This document shows, one piece after another, positions 28,276-37,952 of a DNA stretch of 64,000 bases (position 1 is the first letter of the stretch; every line of letters begins with the position of its first letter). The notes below the pieces were generated by a model. It saw only the letters and a program-made list of their open reading frames with translations. It did not search any database and had not been told where the DNA came from. The stretch comes from a virus. Lineage: Duplodnaviria > Caudoviricetes. A program made the translations under genes and the position numbers. The stretch lies in IMG/VR virus record IMGVR_UViG_3300042888_002988, positions 96,001-160,000 of that record. One strand, written 5' to 3'.

Positions 28276-31200
28276 ATCCCTACGACCAATACCCCGTCGA
28301 TTACACCGGATACGGCCCCGCCGGCACCGGTGGCGCACCGACGCTGCAGGAGCTGCAGAGGCACCAGCGCAGCCGCCACATGACCACCCGCATGGCCCAG
28401 GCGGCCGGGTTCCTGGATCCGGTGGCTCAGGCCGCGGCGATGAAGATCACCAAGGGCGTCATCGGCGGTTCGCCGAGCCCGGACGCGCTGCGGCGCGCCA
28501 TGTTCAACTCGTCCACCGGTCAGATGGCGCAGGACGCGGCCATGGTCGGTCGGGCGTCCGGGATGCTGGGTCAGGGTGACCCGATCACCGCCGCATCCAA
28601 CATCATGCAGGGCGTGGCCGGTGGTGGCTTCCGCACCACCATGGGCGGAAACAATTCCTACGGCACGGGACCGGTGAGCGGAAATGGCAACATCTCCGAG
28701 CATGTGTCCATGGCCTTCATGAAGGGCATCATGCAGGACATGACCGGCGGCAAGGGTGACGGCAGTCGCACCAACGGCTTCAACGTCGAGGAGGTTTCGC
28801 AACTGTTCAAGACCTACGCGCAGCGCGGCGGCATCGGTCGCATCGCGCACATCCAGCAGGGGGCCGGCATCGGCACACGACTTTCTTCTGCCGCAGCAAA
28901 CGCTGTGGATCCGTCGCTGGCGGCGGACATGAAAGGCATCAAGCTGGAAGGCAGCGAGAAAGACCAGATCGCACAGTTGGAGGGTATCATGAATACCACC
29001 GACAACAAAAAGCTGAAGCAGGAGCTGGACAACGTCCTCAAGGCGCCGGCCGCTCTCATCATCAACAACGACGAGAAGCAGCGCGTCACCGGCTTCATGA
29101 AGAACATGACCGAGAGCCTGGCGGGCATGGCCGACATCTACGGCGAGCTGTCCGCCCCCGAACTGCAGCAAAAGCTCGAATCTATTTCCGGCATGCGCAT
29201 CACCAACCGGGAGCAGCTCGCCAAGGCCACTGCCATGACCAACCAGCTGCGCGGTGCGGCAGTGGTGAGCGGTATGGACCCACGGGCCTTCATGGACTGG
29301 TCCGGCGACATGCAGGCACAGCTCCGCGGCGACGTGGCCAATGTCCTCGGCGCTGACGGCCGCCACAGCGGCATCGTGAGCGGAGCCACCGCCGGCACGC
29401 ACAACCGCCTCATGGTCGACTCGGCCCTCGCCGGTAAAGCGGCGAACCAAGCCGTGGCGCAGGGCAGAGAGCTTGGCCTCAACCTGACAGACGCCCCGGA
29501 CATGACGGAGATCTACGAGGACAAGCGCCAGGGCACCATGCAGTTCATGGAGCGCTACGGCGGCGTGACCGCGGCCCAGGGCGGCCTGCAGTATCTGAGC
29601 GGCGACAAGCGCAAGGAGGTGGAGGGACTGATGGACAAGTTCAAGAATACCACCGACGCGGAGGAGCGCACGAACCTCAACAGCGAGATCGAAGCACTGC
29701 TCGGCGGCGAGAAGGGCTTCGACGCGTTCAAGGCCAGCCGCACCGGCAAGATCATGATGGCCAACTCCCAGAGCGACCCGGCCAATGCCAGGGAGATGGA
29801 GCGTATGGTCTCGGAGGGACGCGGCGACGCTGTGAGCATGGACCTACTGAACGACCAGCTGTCCGAGATGGGCATCAAGGACGCCGAGGGAACCGGCAAG
29901 ACGCTGTTCAAGGGTCTCGGCCTGAAGGGCATGGGCGACTTGCTGCGGACGTCTAAGACGGAGTTCACGCTGGATGAGAACGGCAAGTCCACGGATCGGA
30001 AGCTCACCGGGGCTGATCGTCTGACGATGCAGCGCAATCAGCTCGCCACCGCTGGCATCAAGGGCGCGGAGGCCGACAAGCTGCTGGGTCAGTTCTTCGA
30101 CAAGGACGGACGGGTAAAGGACGAGGAAGGTTTCAACAAGGCCGCCGAGTTGGTGAATATGGCCGGCTACGGTTCGACGGCGTCGGCCTATGACCGCGCC
30201 AACCTCGGCCAATCCAGGTTGGAGATGATCGGCGCAGACGACAACCGCATGAAGATGACGGCGGGCGACAAGGGCATTTCGTTCAACAGCATCGCCACCG
30301 CGATCGCTACCGGCGACGTCAAGAGCAACTCTACGGACCCGGAGGTCATGGCGCTGATGTTGGACTCTCTCGGTGAAGCGAACATGCCGTTGGTGGCGAA
30401 CAAGGATGGCAAAATGGTGGCCGCCGACACCCAATACAAGACCGGCATCAATCTCAAGGACGGCCTCAACAAGGAGAACATGGGCGAGCTTTCCAAGATC
30501 TTCGGCAAGGACCTCAATCTTCACAAGAAGATGACCGATCCGCGGACTGGTAAGAAGTTCGAGAGCGAAGAGGAATTCATGAAGGCGACCCAGGGGGACG
30601 CCGGCAAGAACCTGTTGGCCGACGCGATCGAGGTGATGCAGACCGACAAGGAATACCTGGGTATGAACCTGCGGGGCAAGGTCGACTCGATGAGCGTCAT
30701 GACCGACTCGGCCAAGGACTCGCTGACGAACAGCGGCGCGCTGGAGAAAAAGTTCAAGCAGGCCGGCGGCGCCATGATGCTCGCGCGTGCCAGTGGTTTG
30801 GACGATAAATACAAGACGGGCCTCATGGACTCGTTGCAGGCCGGGAAGGCTCCTGACCTGGGCTTCTACTCCGCCGGCAAGCACGATAAGATCACCGAGA
30901 AAGACGGCGTGAAGGATGCCAAGTTCGGTGGTGAGTCCTTCGGTCGCATGATGAGCATGAGCGGCGCGATCGGCTCGTCGGACGCCGAGGGACTGGCTGC
31001 GCTATCGTCACTCGACGAGGGCGGCGCTATGACCGGCAAGCTAGAAGAGCAGATGGAGGCGCTGAAAGCGGCCAAGAAAGCTGGCGCTACGACGGCTACC
31101 TACAAAGGCATGGATGGTGAGGAGAAGTCCTCCAACATCGACGATCTTATCAAACAATTCAAGGCGACCATCGACAAGCTGGCCGGTCAGCAAATGGCCG

Positions 31201-31286
31201 AGGCGGGCGCAACCGTTACACAGCAGATCATCGTTCAAGGCGACATCCGCGTCACCGGCGAGATCGCCAAAACAGAGAAGGACTAA
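28272..31286 (+). CDS. Tape measure protein
   Basis: 1004-aa helical Gly/Ala/Met/Lys-rich protein following the chaperone pair. Confidence 0.75.
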   Translation: MNPYDQYPVDYTGYGPAGTGGAPTLQELQRHQRSRHMTTRMAQAAGFLDPVAQAAAMKITKGVIGGSPSPDALRRAMFNSSTGQMAQDAAMVGRASGMLGQGDPITAASNIMQGVAGGGFRTTMGGNNSYGTGPVSGNGNISEHVSMAFMKGIMQDMTGGKGDGSRTNGFNVEEVSQLFKTYAQRGGIGRIAHIQQGAGIGTRLSSAAANAVDPSLAADMKGIKLEGSEKDQIAQLEGIMNTTDNKKLKQELDNVLKAPAALIINNDEKQRVTGFMKNMTESLAGMADIYGELSAPELQQKLESISGMRITNREQLAKATAMTNQLRGAAVVSGMDPRAFMDWSGDMQAQLRGDVANVLGADGRHSGIVSGATAGTHNRLMVDSALAGKAANQAVAQGRELGLNLTDAPDMTEIYEDKRQGTMQFMERYGGVTAAQGGLQYLSGDKRKEVEGLMDKFKNTTDAEERTNLNSEIEALLGGEKGFDAFKASRTGKIMMANSQSDPANAREMERMVSEGRGDAVSMDLLNDQLSEMGIKDAEGTGKTLFKGLGLKGMGDLLRTSKTEFTLDENGKSTDRKLTGADRLTMQRNQLATAGIKGAEADKLLGQFFDKDGRVKDEEGFNKAAELVNMAGYGSTASAYDRANLGQSRLEMIGADDNRMKMTAGDKGISFNSIATAIATGDVKSNSTDPEVMALMLDSLGEANMPLVANKDGKMVAADTQYKTGINLKDGLNKENMGELSKIFGKDLNLHKKMTDPRTGKKFESEEEFMKATQGDAGKNLLADAIEVMQTDKEYLGMNLRGKVDSMSVMTDSAKDSLTNSGALEKKFKQAGGAMMLARASGLDDKYKTGLMDSLQAGKAPDLGFYSAGKHDKITEKDGVKDAKFGGESFGRMMSMSGAIGSSDAEGLAALSSLDEGGAMTGKLEEQMEALKAAKKAGATTATYKGMDGEEKSSNIDDLIKQFKATIDKLAGQQMAEAGATVTQQIIVQGDIRVTGEIAKTEKD

Positions 31287-31288
31287 CC

Positions 31289-31804
31289 ATGGCAATCATC
31301 CTACAAGGTAACGCATTCGTATCCCTCGGCGGAGGTGGGGGAGGTGGCGGCGGCTCGGTCGCGCTCGCCAACTGCAAGGGTCACGTGCACACGTTCGATG
31401 GTCCGTCGAACGGCTTCTACGAAATAGATCCACCGATCCCGGACGCGCAGGACTCCAAGGCGTTGGTGCTGGGCGTTCCGCTTACGTTCACTGAGATCGT
31501 GCAGCCGACCACCACGCTGGACGACAAGCGCGTGCTGTATCTGTTCGGCACCGCTTGGAATGATCTGTCGGTCTCCGGCATCCTGCTGCTCGGAGAAAGT
31601 AAGACCCGCGGCGAGCAGCTGACGAAGCTGATGCAATGGTACAATCAGAACCGGGTCAGCGAGAAGCGTGGGCCGGTTCGGGTATCCCTGGGCACCACCG
31701 GGATTGACGCCTACGTGACCGGACTCCGCCTGGATCAAGCCAACCCACAGACCAACACCCAAATGTTCTCCATCATCATGGTGACAGCCGACGTCGAAGC
31801 ATGA
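31289..31804 (+). CDS. Tail tube initiator / baseplate tube-fold protein
   Basis: Follows the tape measure gene; EIVQPTTTLDDKRVLYLFGTAWNDLSVSGIL parallels the tube protein strand pattern. Confidence 0.6.
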   Translation: MAIILQGNAFVSLGGGGGGGGGSVALANCKGHVHTFDGPSNGFYEIDPPIPDAQDSKALVLGVPLTFTEIVQPTTTLDDKRVLYLFGTAWNDLSVSGILLLGESKTRGEQLTKLMQWYNQNRVSEKRGPVRVSLGTTGIDAYVTGLRLDQANPQTNTQMFSIIMVTADVEA

Positions 31805-32709
31805 GCACTCCAATCGAAATTCGCATCCGCTCCAATTTCTTCCTGTGGCTTCTCACCGGTCGGTCGAAGGGCTTCGCCAACGCGTCGCTTGCGACGGGCA
31901 TCGACTACGCCGTGGATTCCACACCGCCCGAGGTCAACTACGCACGGAAGTTCTTGGGGCTGGATGTCACCGCGAACGACTTCAACGTGCTGTCGGTGTT
32001 GGCGGCGTCCATGATGTCCAAGGCCATGCTGCGCGAAATGGTCCCGAATGAGGACGCTGTCTTCGTGCCGGGTCTGCTGCGGCTGCCCCGGGTAGCCTGC
32101 TCCGCCACGTTGCTCGGGCCCGACGAACATTCGTGGGCACACATCGACGGCTCGGTAGCCGGCGCGCAGGGTTTTACGACCGTGACGATCACGCGCATCT
32201 CCGCTACGACGGCGCGGATCGAGACAAACAATGGCGCAACGGAGGTCAGTGCCTATTCGCTCACGCCCGTGTCCGGCGGCACGTTCCGGCTTCATGTCGA
32301 AAACGCTAAAAAATACGGCATTTTCGCTGATTTCGGCGTTACAAGCTGGACGGGTAGCGCCTACTTGAACGTCGAGGTCCCGCCGACCAGGTTTCCGTTT
32401 GCGGACGTGGTGAGCCGCCTGAGAACCGATCGCACCATGATGCGCCTCATGAATGCTGAGGGCACCCTGGCTACGTTCGAGGCATCGCCCAACAACCCGG
32501 CGCTGCAGGTCGGCATGGCAGGCCTCGCCATCATACGCCGTATGCTCAAGTGGACGAACGAAGCGCAGGCCGGCTACACCGTCACAGCTGAGGACGGCAT
32601 AGACTTGCGTGAACCACTGGATAAGGTTTACAAATTTGCGCCAGCACTGATCGAGGGTATGCTACCGCCCGCCACCGATCCGGCACAACCCATAGGATTC
32701 GATGTCTGA
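31801..32709 (+). CDS. Baseplate component (unassigned)
   Basis: 302-aa ORF with ATGA-type overlap within the baseplate operon. Confidence 0.5.
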   Translation: MSTPIEIRIRSNFFLWLLTGRSKGFANASLATGIDYAVDSTPPEVNYARKFLGLDVTANDFNVLSVLAASMMSKAMLREMVPNEDAVFVPGLLRLPRVACSATLLGPDEHSWAHIDGSVAGAQGFTTVTITRISATTARIETNNGATEVSAYSLTPVSGGTFRLHVENAKKYGIFADFGVTSWTGSAYLNVEVPPTRFPFADVVSRLRTDRTMMRLMNAEGTLATFEASPNNPALQVGMAGLAIIRRMLKWTNEAQAGYTVTAEDGIDLREPLDKVYKFAPALIEGMLPPATDPAQPIGFDV

Positions 32710-34186
32710 AGTAACGACTGCCAAAATCTTCGCAACTGTCAATGGGGGTGAATACTCCGCTGAGGGACTGCGGTTTGAAATGGACGTCAACAGCTTCCCT
32801 ATGGTGAGCGCCAACATCGCCGAGACCAACGGTGCGGAGTCGGTCAAGGTGCCGGTATCGTCCGAGGTGATCGAGCGCATCGGCAAGCTGCAGCAGCAGC
32901 GTCTGGCGGGCCGCACGAAGCCGGACTTCAATGTCGAGGCCGACGACGGCACCGGCGGCAAGATCAGCTACAAGGGTTTTATCTCCTCACCAATTCTGGA
33001 GATCACCAAGGTCAGCACGATTGACAAGATCGCGTCAGTGGGCGAGGCGGCGTTGATCGACGCGCTGGACCTGAGCATCTACAAGGCGGGCTACGTGACC
33101 GAGCGGCTGGAGAACAGCAGCAACGGCGGCGGCGAGCAGCTGAAGCCCATCCCGGCGGCCAAGGACGGCGACGTGCCTGGCACACTACGGGAGATCACCA
33201 ACGTGCTGGTGGATAACTTCGCGGTCACGCGCAACAAGGAGTATCGCGCGCTGTCCAAGCAGCTGCTGGATATCCAACACGGCATCAACACGAACGGTCC
33301 GCTGGATCTGTGGCAGGAACTGCTCGGAGCCAGCGACGTGAAATTCGAGAGCTGGCCGGCCGCTCTGAAAAAAGTTCCGACGATCGCCCGACAGCTGTCG
33401 GAGAACGTGAAGCTTTCGCTGACCGCCAGGACGCCGGGATTCTGGAACACGATCCGCGCGCTCATGTCGAACTTCCAGATGTATTACGTGCCGGAGTTCG
33501 ACGGCGTCGGACGCTTCGAGCGTGCCGACAAGAAGACGGCCGATCCCGAAGTGACGATGGAAGTCAGCGTCTCCGGAATCAGCGTGGCAGACGGTAGCCC
33601 TCGCATCCTGCAGCCAGGCGGCGTCGTAATGATGGGGCCGGCCACTCCAGCTGAGCGCGCCGAGGCCGAAGCGAACCCGCAGATTCCGCGGATCGTAGCC
33701 TACGCCCCGGATCCGCTGCTGCAGGGTTTCATCGAGCAAGCGCCGATTCCATTCTGGTTGGTGCGCGAAGGTGGTATTCCGATCTTCGGCAGCGAGGTGG
33801 ATACCCGCGGGAGCACGGCGGCCGGCGCCGCGACCGGAGTCGATCTCAGCTTGCCCGCGCGCAACATCCGCAAGAAGAAGGGCCTAGCATACAAGCGCGA
33901 AGCCGACACCGTGTCGGAGGGCGTCATGACGGAACTCTGCGAAGTCATGTTCAAGGAGCTGCAGCTGCAGCATGCCACCGCCGGCCTCACGCTGCCGCTG
34001 GATTTCAAGCTGAACTCCAACGTCGGCAAACGCGCCACCATCAAAATCCGCGGCAAGGATGGTAAGGACGGCGGCAGTTTCACAGCCTTCGTGACCGGCA
34101 TCACACATAGTGTTGACCTCCGCGCCGGAAAGCAGCTCAATTCCTACACGCAGGTGCGCCTGAGCCACGCCAAATTCTTCAGCTGA
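32702..34186 (+). CDS. Baseplate hub protein (gp27/gpD-like)
   Basis: N-terminal FEMDVNSFPMVS and C-terminal LTLPLD...NVGKRATI...VTGITHSVD...TQVRLSH pattern of hub proteins. Confidence 0.65.
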   Translation: MSEVTTAKIFATVNGGEYSAEGLRFEMDVNSFPMVSANIAETNGAESVKVPVSSEVIERIGKLQQQRLAGRTKPDFNVEADDGTGGKISYKGFISSPILEITKVSTIDKIASVGEAALIDALDLSIYKAGYVTERLENSSNGGGEQLKPIPAAKDGDVPGTLREITNVLVDNFAVTRNKEYRALSKQLLDIQHGINTNGPLDLWQELLGASDVKFESWPAALKKVPTIARQLSENVKLSLTARTPGFWNTIRALMSNFQMYYVPEFDGVGRFERADKKTADPEVTMEVSVSGISVADGSPRILQPGGVVMMGPATPAERAEAEANPQIPRIVAYAPDPLLQGFIEQAPIPFWLVREGGIPIFGSEVDTRGSTAAGAATGVDLSLPARNIRKKKGLAYKREADTVSEGVMTELCEVMFKELQLQHATAGLTLPLDFKLNSNVGKRATIKIRGKDGKDGGSFTAFVTGITHSVDLRAGKQLNSYTQVRLSHAKFFS

Positions 34187-34188
34187 CC

Positions 34189-37100
34189 ATGGACCAGGAC
34201 GAACAATTTCCAGAAGAACAGGACCGCCTCTACCGCGAGCGTGAGCGCCTGCGCGGCCAAGATCCAACGTGCGCTACTGGTGCTATCAATCTGCAGCCGG
34301 ACATTGCGCCCGTCATCGCGGTAGGTAAGTGTGACGAACCGACCGAGCCGCAGGTAGCCGTCTTCATCCCGCCCAATCCTCCGCCGCTCGAACCAGTCGA
34401 CCCGGACCTGCTGCCTCCGCCGATTTTGCTGTATAGCCGTGAGGCGTCGGCACAGTGCCCCGCTGAGCAGGCGGATTTAACGCAGCTACCAGGCAACCCT
34501 CCGGTGCCTGTCATCATCGCAGCCGGCGCCGAGGTGCAGGAAGTTTACCTGGATGGAATTCTCGATCCTGGCACCGGACAGCCAGTGATCCCGCAGTCCG
34601 AGTTGTTCCGCATCGCGGTCTACGGTGCGGAGATGCAGGCCTACGTCACGTCGAACCTGATCCCGGCGATCATCTCCGGTGCTTTCGTGACGTTCGAGGC
34701 AGGTTTCGCAACGCTTACCGGCCTGTCAGGTCCGCTGGTCACCGCGATCCGTGAGGCTTTGGTCACTGCGCAGGTGCTGGCGGATGACATTGCGCAAGCC
34801 GCGGCTGAGTCCAGCCTGCTTTGCGGATGGTACAACCGGGAGCTGTGGGTGGTGTGCGATCCGGATCCTAACGGTCCGGGTTACGAGATCAAATATGAGG
34901 AGCCGCCGCCACCGCCGCCCGATTGGGAGCGCCAACCAGCAGGCGAATACTCGTCCACGATCAGCCAGGCAGACGCCGACGCGCTCGCCGCTATCTACGC
35001 AGCCATTCGTTTGAACTGCCTGGTGCCGAACGATGAGCAGACTGCTACCTGCAGCAGCGAGGATATTCTGGACGAGACGACGCCGATTGAATGGCCGTCC
35101 GCGTGGTTGTTCCCAACGATCAATGGCACGACGAAAAATCCCGATCCGCATCCTCTGGAGCTGCAGAACATCGACTCGTGGGAGTTCGCAGAGTGGCAGA
35201 CGGCGGACACTGCGCTGAGCACCGTCCCACTCGACACTCTCAACGGGCAGGAGTTCCTGCAGGTGACGCAGGTCGGTATAGGTCTGCGCCGCACGTTGCG
35301 AACGACCGTAGTCGTTCTGGAGGCCACTCCGGCCGCCGCTGCGCGCACGAAAGACGAAGCCAACGCGATCGCCTACAACTTGGCCGTGTCGCAGCTGGAC
35401 TGCTTCTTCCCCAACCGCCCGCGCGTGATCTCGTGCATGACGGCGGATTACGGCAACCCTGAGGTAAATCTGCGGGCCGATGCTATGGGACGAGACGACG
35501 ACGTCGCCGGTAGACTCGCGATGTATGTGGAGATGCGCGGCGGCGATCCCGACGACTTCGGAGGACCGGCCTACACACGCTTCAACAGCGGCGTAAAGAA
35601 CTTCGCGGCGCCGAATGAACGAGCTGACGAACGTCTCGCGTTTGAAGTCCGCTTGTGGCCCGGGTTCTTTGCGGCCGACAGCGCCGCGGTGGTGGCGGAG
35701 CAGGCCTACCAATACAGCGCTGGTTACCTGCAGTGTGATTGGATATCCCCAATGCACACCTGCACGTGCATCACCGAATTCACCTACGACGTTTCACCGG
35801 CGGGCGGCCTACTGCACCAACAGGGCGAGCCTGAAGACGTCGCGGACTGGAGCGGCATTTACAGGATCGACCCAGCCGACCCGTCGCAGCTTTCAGTACT
35901 CGACCCCGAGACAGGCGAGCCGCTGAATGCCAAGTTGGATCGCTCACGCTCGGTCGACGAAAATGAGCTGCCTCGCGGGCTTATCTTCAGCAACACGTAT
36001 CCCAACGCAGCGCTCGGCTACGGAGGCGACTACGAGTGGCCTGATCTGCCGCAGATCTGCCAAAGCTCACTGCAGTGCCTGTTCGTTTCCTGCAAGATGG
36101 CTTGCTGCGAGCCACGCCCAGACGAACGTCCAAAGATCGTCAACGAAGCGCCGAACTTCGCTTCGACGAACGCTGCTTGGGCAGCCGGAAGACAGTCAAC
36201 CCAAGCGGACCACGCTTCCTTCATGGCGCGTTGGTGGGCCGCATTGTCGCTGCAGGAAATTGAAGCTTGCTCCCTGAGCGCCATCATCAAGTTTCTACCT
36301 AAGCAGTATGACGATTGCACACTGTATGACGGCGACGCTGCGACGGTTATCCTCCCGATCACCACTGTCGCCGACGGCGCGAAGCGCATCGTGCACCCAG
36401 GACCGAACAACGGCGACGGTCCTGGTATGCCGGCCCGCTTCAAGTTCGGTGGCCTGCTGAAATGGGGGCAGACCTGGGCGGAGCCATCAACGATCGGCAC
36501 CGGCGAGACGCCGGGCGATCCTGGCGGCTACACGCCAGGTGGCACCGATCCCGCGAGCCTGGACAACGTCGGCACTGTGAAGGGCTGCCATAACCAGGAT
36601 CCGAACGGACTAGGTTCCTTGGCATACCCGGATCCCTGGGGATTCTATCACTGCGCTGAGGGTGTCGCCGAGGGCTACACGCCCTTCGGGCTGGAGGATC
36701 AAGCTCGTAGTCTGGCAGTCGGCCGCCTAGACTGCACGCACATCGCCTGGCCTCGTCACCTAGTGCTGTGTCCTCAGCACAACCAGCGTCCTTGGGGTCC
36801 GGTATGGAATCTCAATGTGATGATCGAGGGGGCCACCACCGGTGACGCTGACATGACTTCCGAAATGATGCTGCTGCCGCTGCTGGAGTGCCGCGACATG
36901 CACAACTACATGCTGACCTACTTCAACAATCAGCTCACGCTGCCGGGCCCTTCGATGGCGGTGGTTGGTAAGGACGAGTGCCTACCGCTGGGCCTCAGCC
37001 AGGCGGTGCTTTACGAAACCTGCGGGGCGGAGACGGAAGCTGACACCGAGGACATCACTCAGTCGGGCAGCGGACACGTGATCGTTTACTCGGGTTGCTG

Positions 37101-37947
37101 CCCTGACGAACTGGTCAAGAAGTTGTTTTTGGCCATCGTGGAGGAACCGATTTCCTACAACGAGATCCGCGATGCCAAGCAGAAGGGTCAGCTGGGACTA
37201 CCATCCGGCGTAGCCGCCGCTGAGACTTTCCGCCAAACCGGTGACGATGCCAACGAGGTGTATTACATCGGTTCCTTCCTGGTGACTGACGTGGGCGGCG
37301 GACAATACGAAAGGATCACCGTGCAGGCGCACTCCGGCCCCGTGATTCTGTCCGACACGTGTTGCGATAGCTCAAGCAGTTCCGGCAGCGGCAGCAGCAG
37401 CAGCAGCAGCAGCAGCGGTTCCAGCGGTGACAGCTCCTCGGGCGGTAGCAGCGGAGGCAGCGGCAGCGGTTCCGGCGGTTCCGGCGGTTCCGGCGGTTCC
37501 GGCGGTTCCGGCGGCGGATCGGACAAGTCCACAGCGATCGTGCCGGCCTCGTGGCAGAAGCACGGCTTCACCGCCCTGTTCACGGTGGAGAGTCCTGAAG
37601 TCGTATTCCGCGACACGATCCGGGATATTCCGATCAAGAGCCGCCGCACACGCCTACGTCTCGATCGCCGCTTCATAGAAGTCTGCGAGCCGCATACCCT
37701 GCGCGTAGCCAGCGTTTCCGGCGACAAGGTGGTCAACATCGGCGCCGAAATCGACGGCGATTATGTCGTGCTTACCTTACCGCGATTCTACTTCCAGAAC
37801 CTACGCTCGCCGCTGGTGGTGCAGATCGACATCGTCGGTATCCGCAAGGGCTTCTTAGCTACACGCTTCCCGGCGCGTGACTTGGAGCAGTTCGAAGCAA
37901 ACGAAGTCACAATCAACTCCGCTTACCCAGGCAAAGACCTTTCCTGA
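34189..37947 (+). CDS. Large Cys-rich virion fibre-like protein with DUF5977-like repeats
   Basis: PAGEYSSTISQADADALA...LNC matches the DUF5977-type motif, with about six related modules; long Ser/Gly linker; C-terminal ESPEVVFRD...LDRRFIEV domain of a type seen at phage fibre C-termini. Confidence 0.6.
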   Translation: MDQDEQFPEEQDRLYRERERLRGQDPTCATGAINLQPDIAPVIAVGKCDEPTEPQVAVFIPPNPPPLEPVDPDLLPPPILLYSREASAQCPAEQADLTQLPGNPPVPVIIAAGAEVQEVYLDGILDPGTGQPVIPQSELFRIAVYGAEMQAYVTSNLIPAIISGAFVTFEAGFATLTGLSGPLVTAIREALVTAQVLADDIAQAAAESSLLCGWYNRELWVVCDPDPNGPGYEIKYEEPPPPPPDWERQPAGEYSSTISQADADALAAIYAAIRLNCLVPNDEQTATCSSEDILDETTPIEWPSAWLFPTINGTTKNPDPHPLELQNIDSWEFAEWQTADTALSTVPLDTLNGQEFLQVTQVGIGLRRTLRTTVVVLEATPAAAARTKDEANAIAYNLAVSQLDCFFPNRPRVISCMTADYGNPEVNLRADAMGRDDDVAGRLAMYVEMRGGDPDDFGGPAYTRFNSGVKNFAAPNERADERLAFEVRLWPGFFAADSAAVVAEQAYQYSAGYLQCDWISPMHTCTCITEFTYDVSPAGGLLHQQGEPEDVADWSGIYRIDPADPSQLSVLDPETGEPLNAKLDRSRSVDENELPRGLIFSNTYPNAALGYGGDYEWPDLPQICQSSLQCLFVSCKMACCEPRPDERPKIVNEAPNFASTNAAWAAGRQSTQADHASFMARWWAALSLQEIEACSLSAIIKFLPKQYDDCTLYDGDAATVILPITTVADGAKRIVHPGPNNGDGPGMPARFKFGGLLKWGQTWAEPSTIGTGETPGDPGGYTPGGTDPASLDNVGTVKGCHNQDPNGLGSLAYPDPWGFYHCAEGVAEGYTPFGLEDQARSLAVGRLDCTHIAWPRHLVLCPQHNQRPWGPVWNLNVMIEGATTGDADMTSEMMLLPLLECRDMHNYMLTYFNNQLTLPGPSMAVVGKDECLPLGLSQAVLYETCGAETEADTEDITQSGSGHVIVYSGCCPDELVKKLFLAIVEEPISYNEIRDAKQKGQLGLPSGVAAAETFRQTGDDANEVYYIGSFLVTDVGGGQYERITVQAHSGPVILSDTCCDSSSSSGSGSSSSSSSSGSSGDSSSGGSSGGSGSGSGGSGGSGGSGGSGGGSDKSTAIVPASWQKHGFTALFTVESPEVVFRDTIRDIPIKSRRTRLRLDRRFIEVCEPHTLRVASVSGDKVVNIGAEIDGDYVVLTLPRFYFQNLRSPLVVQIDIVGIRKGFLATRFPARDLEQFEANEVTINSAYPGKDLS

Positions 37948-37952
37948 CTACT

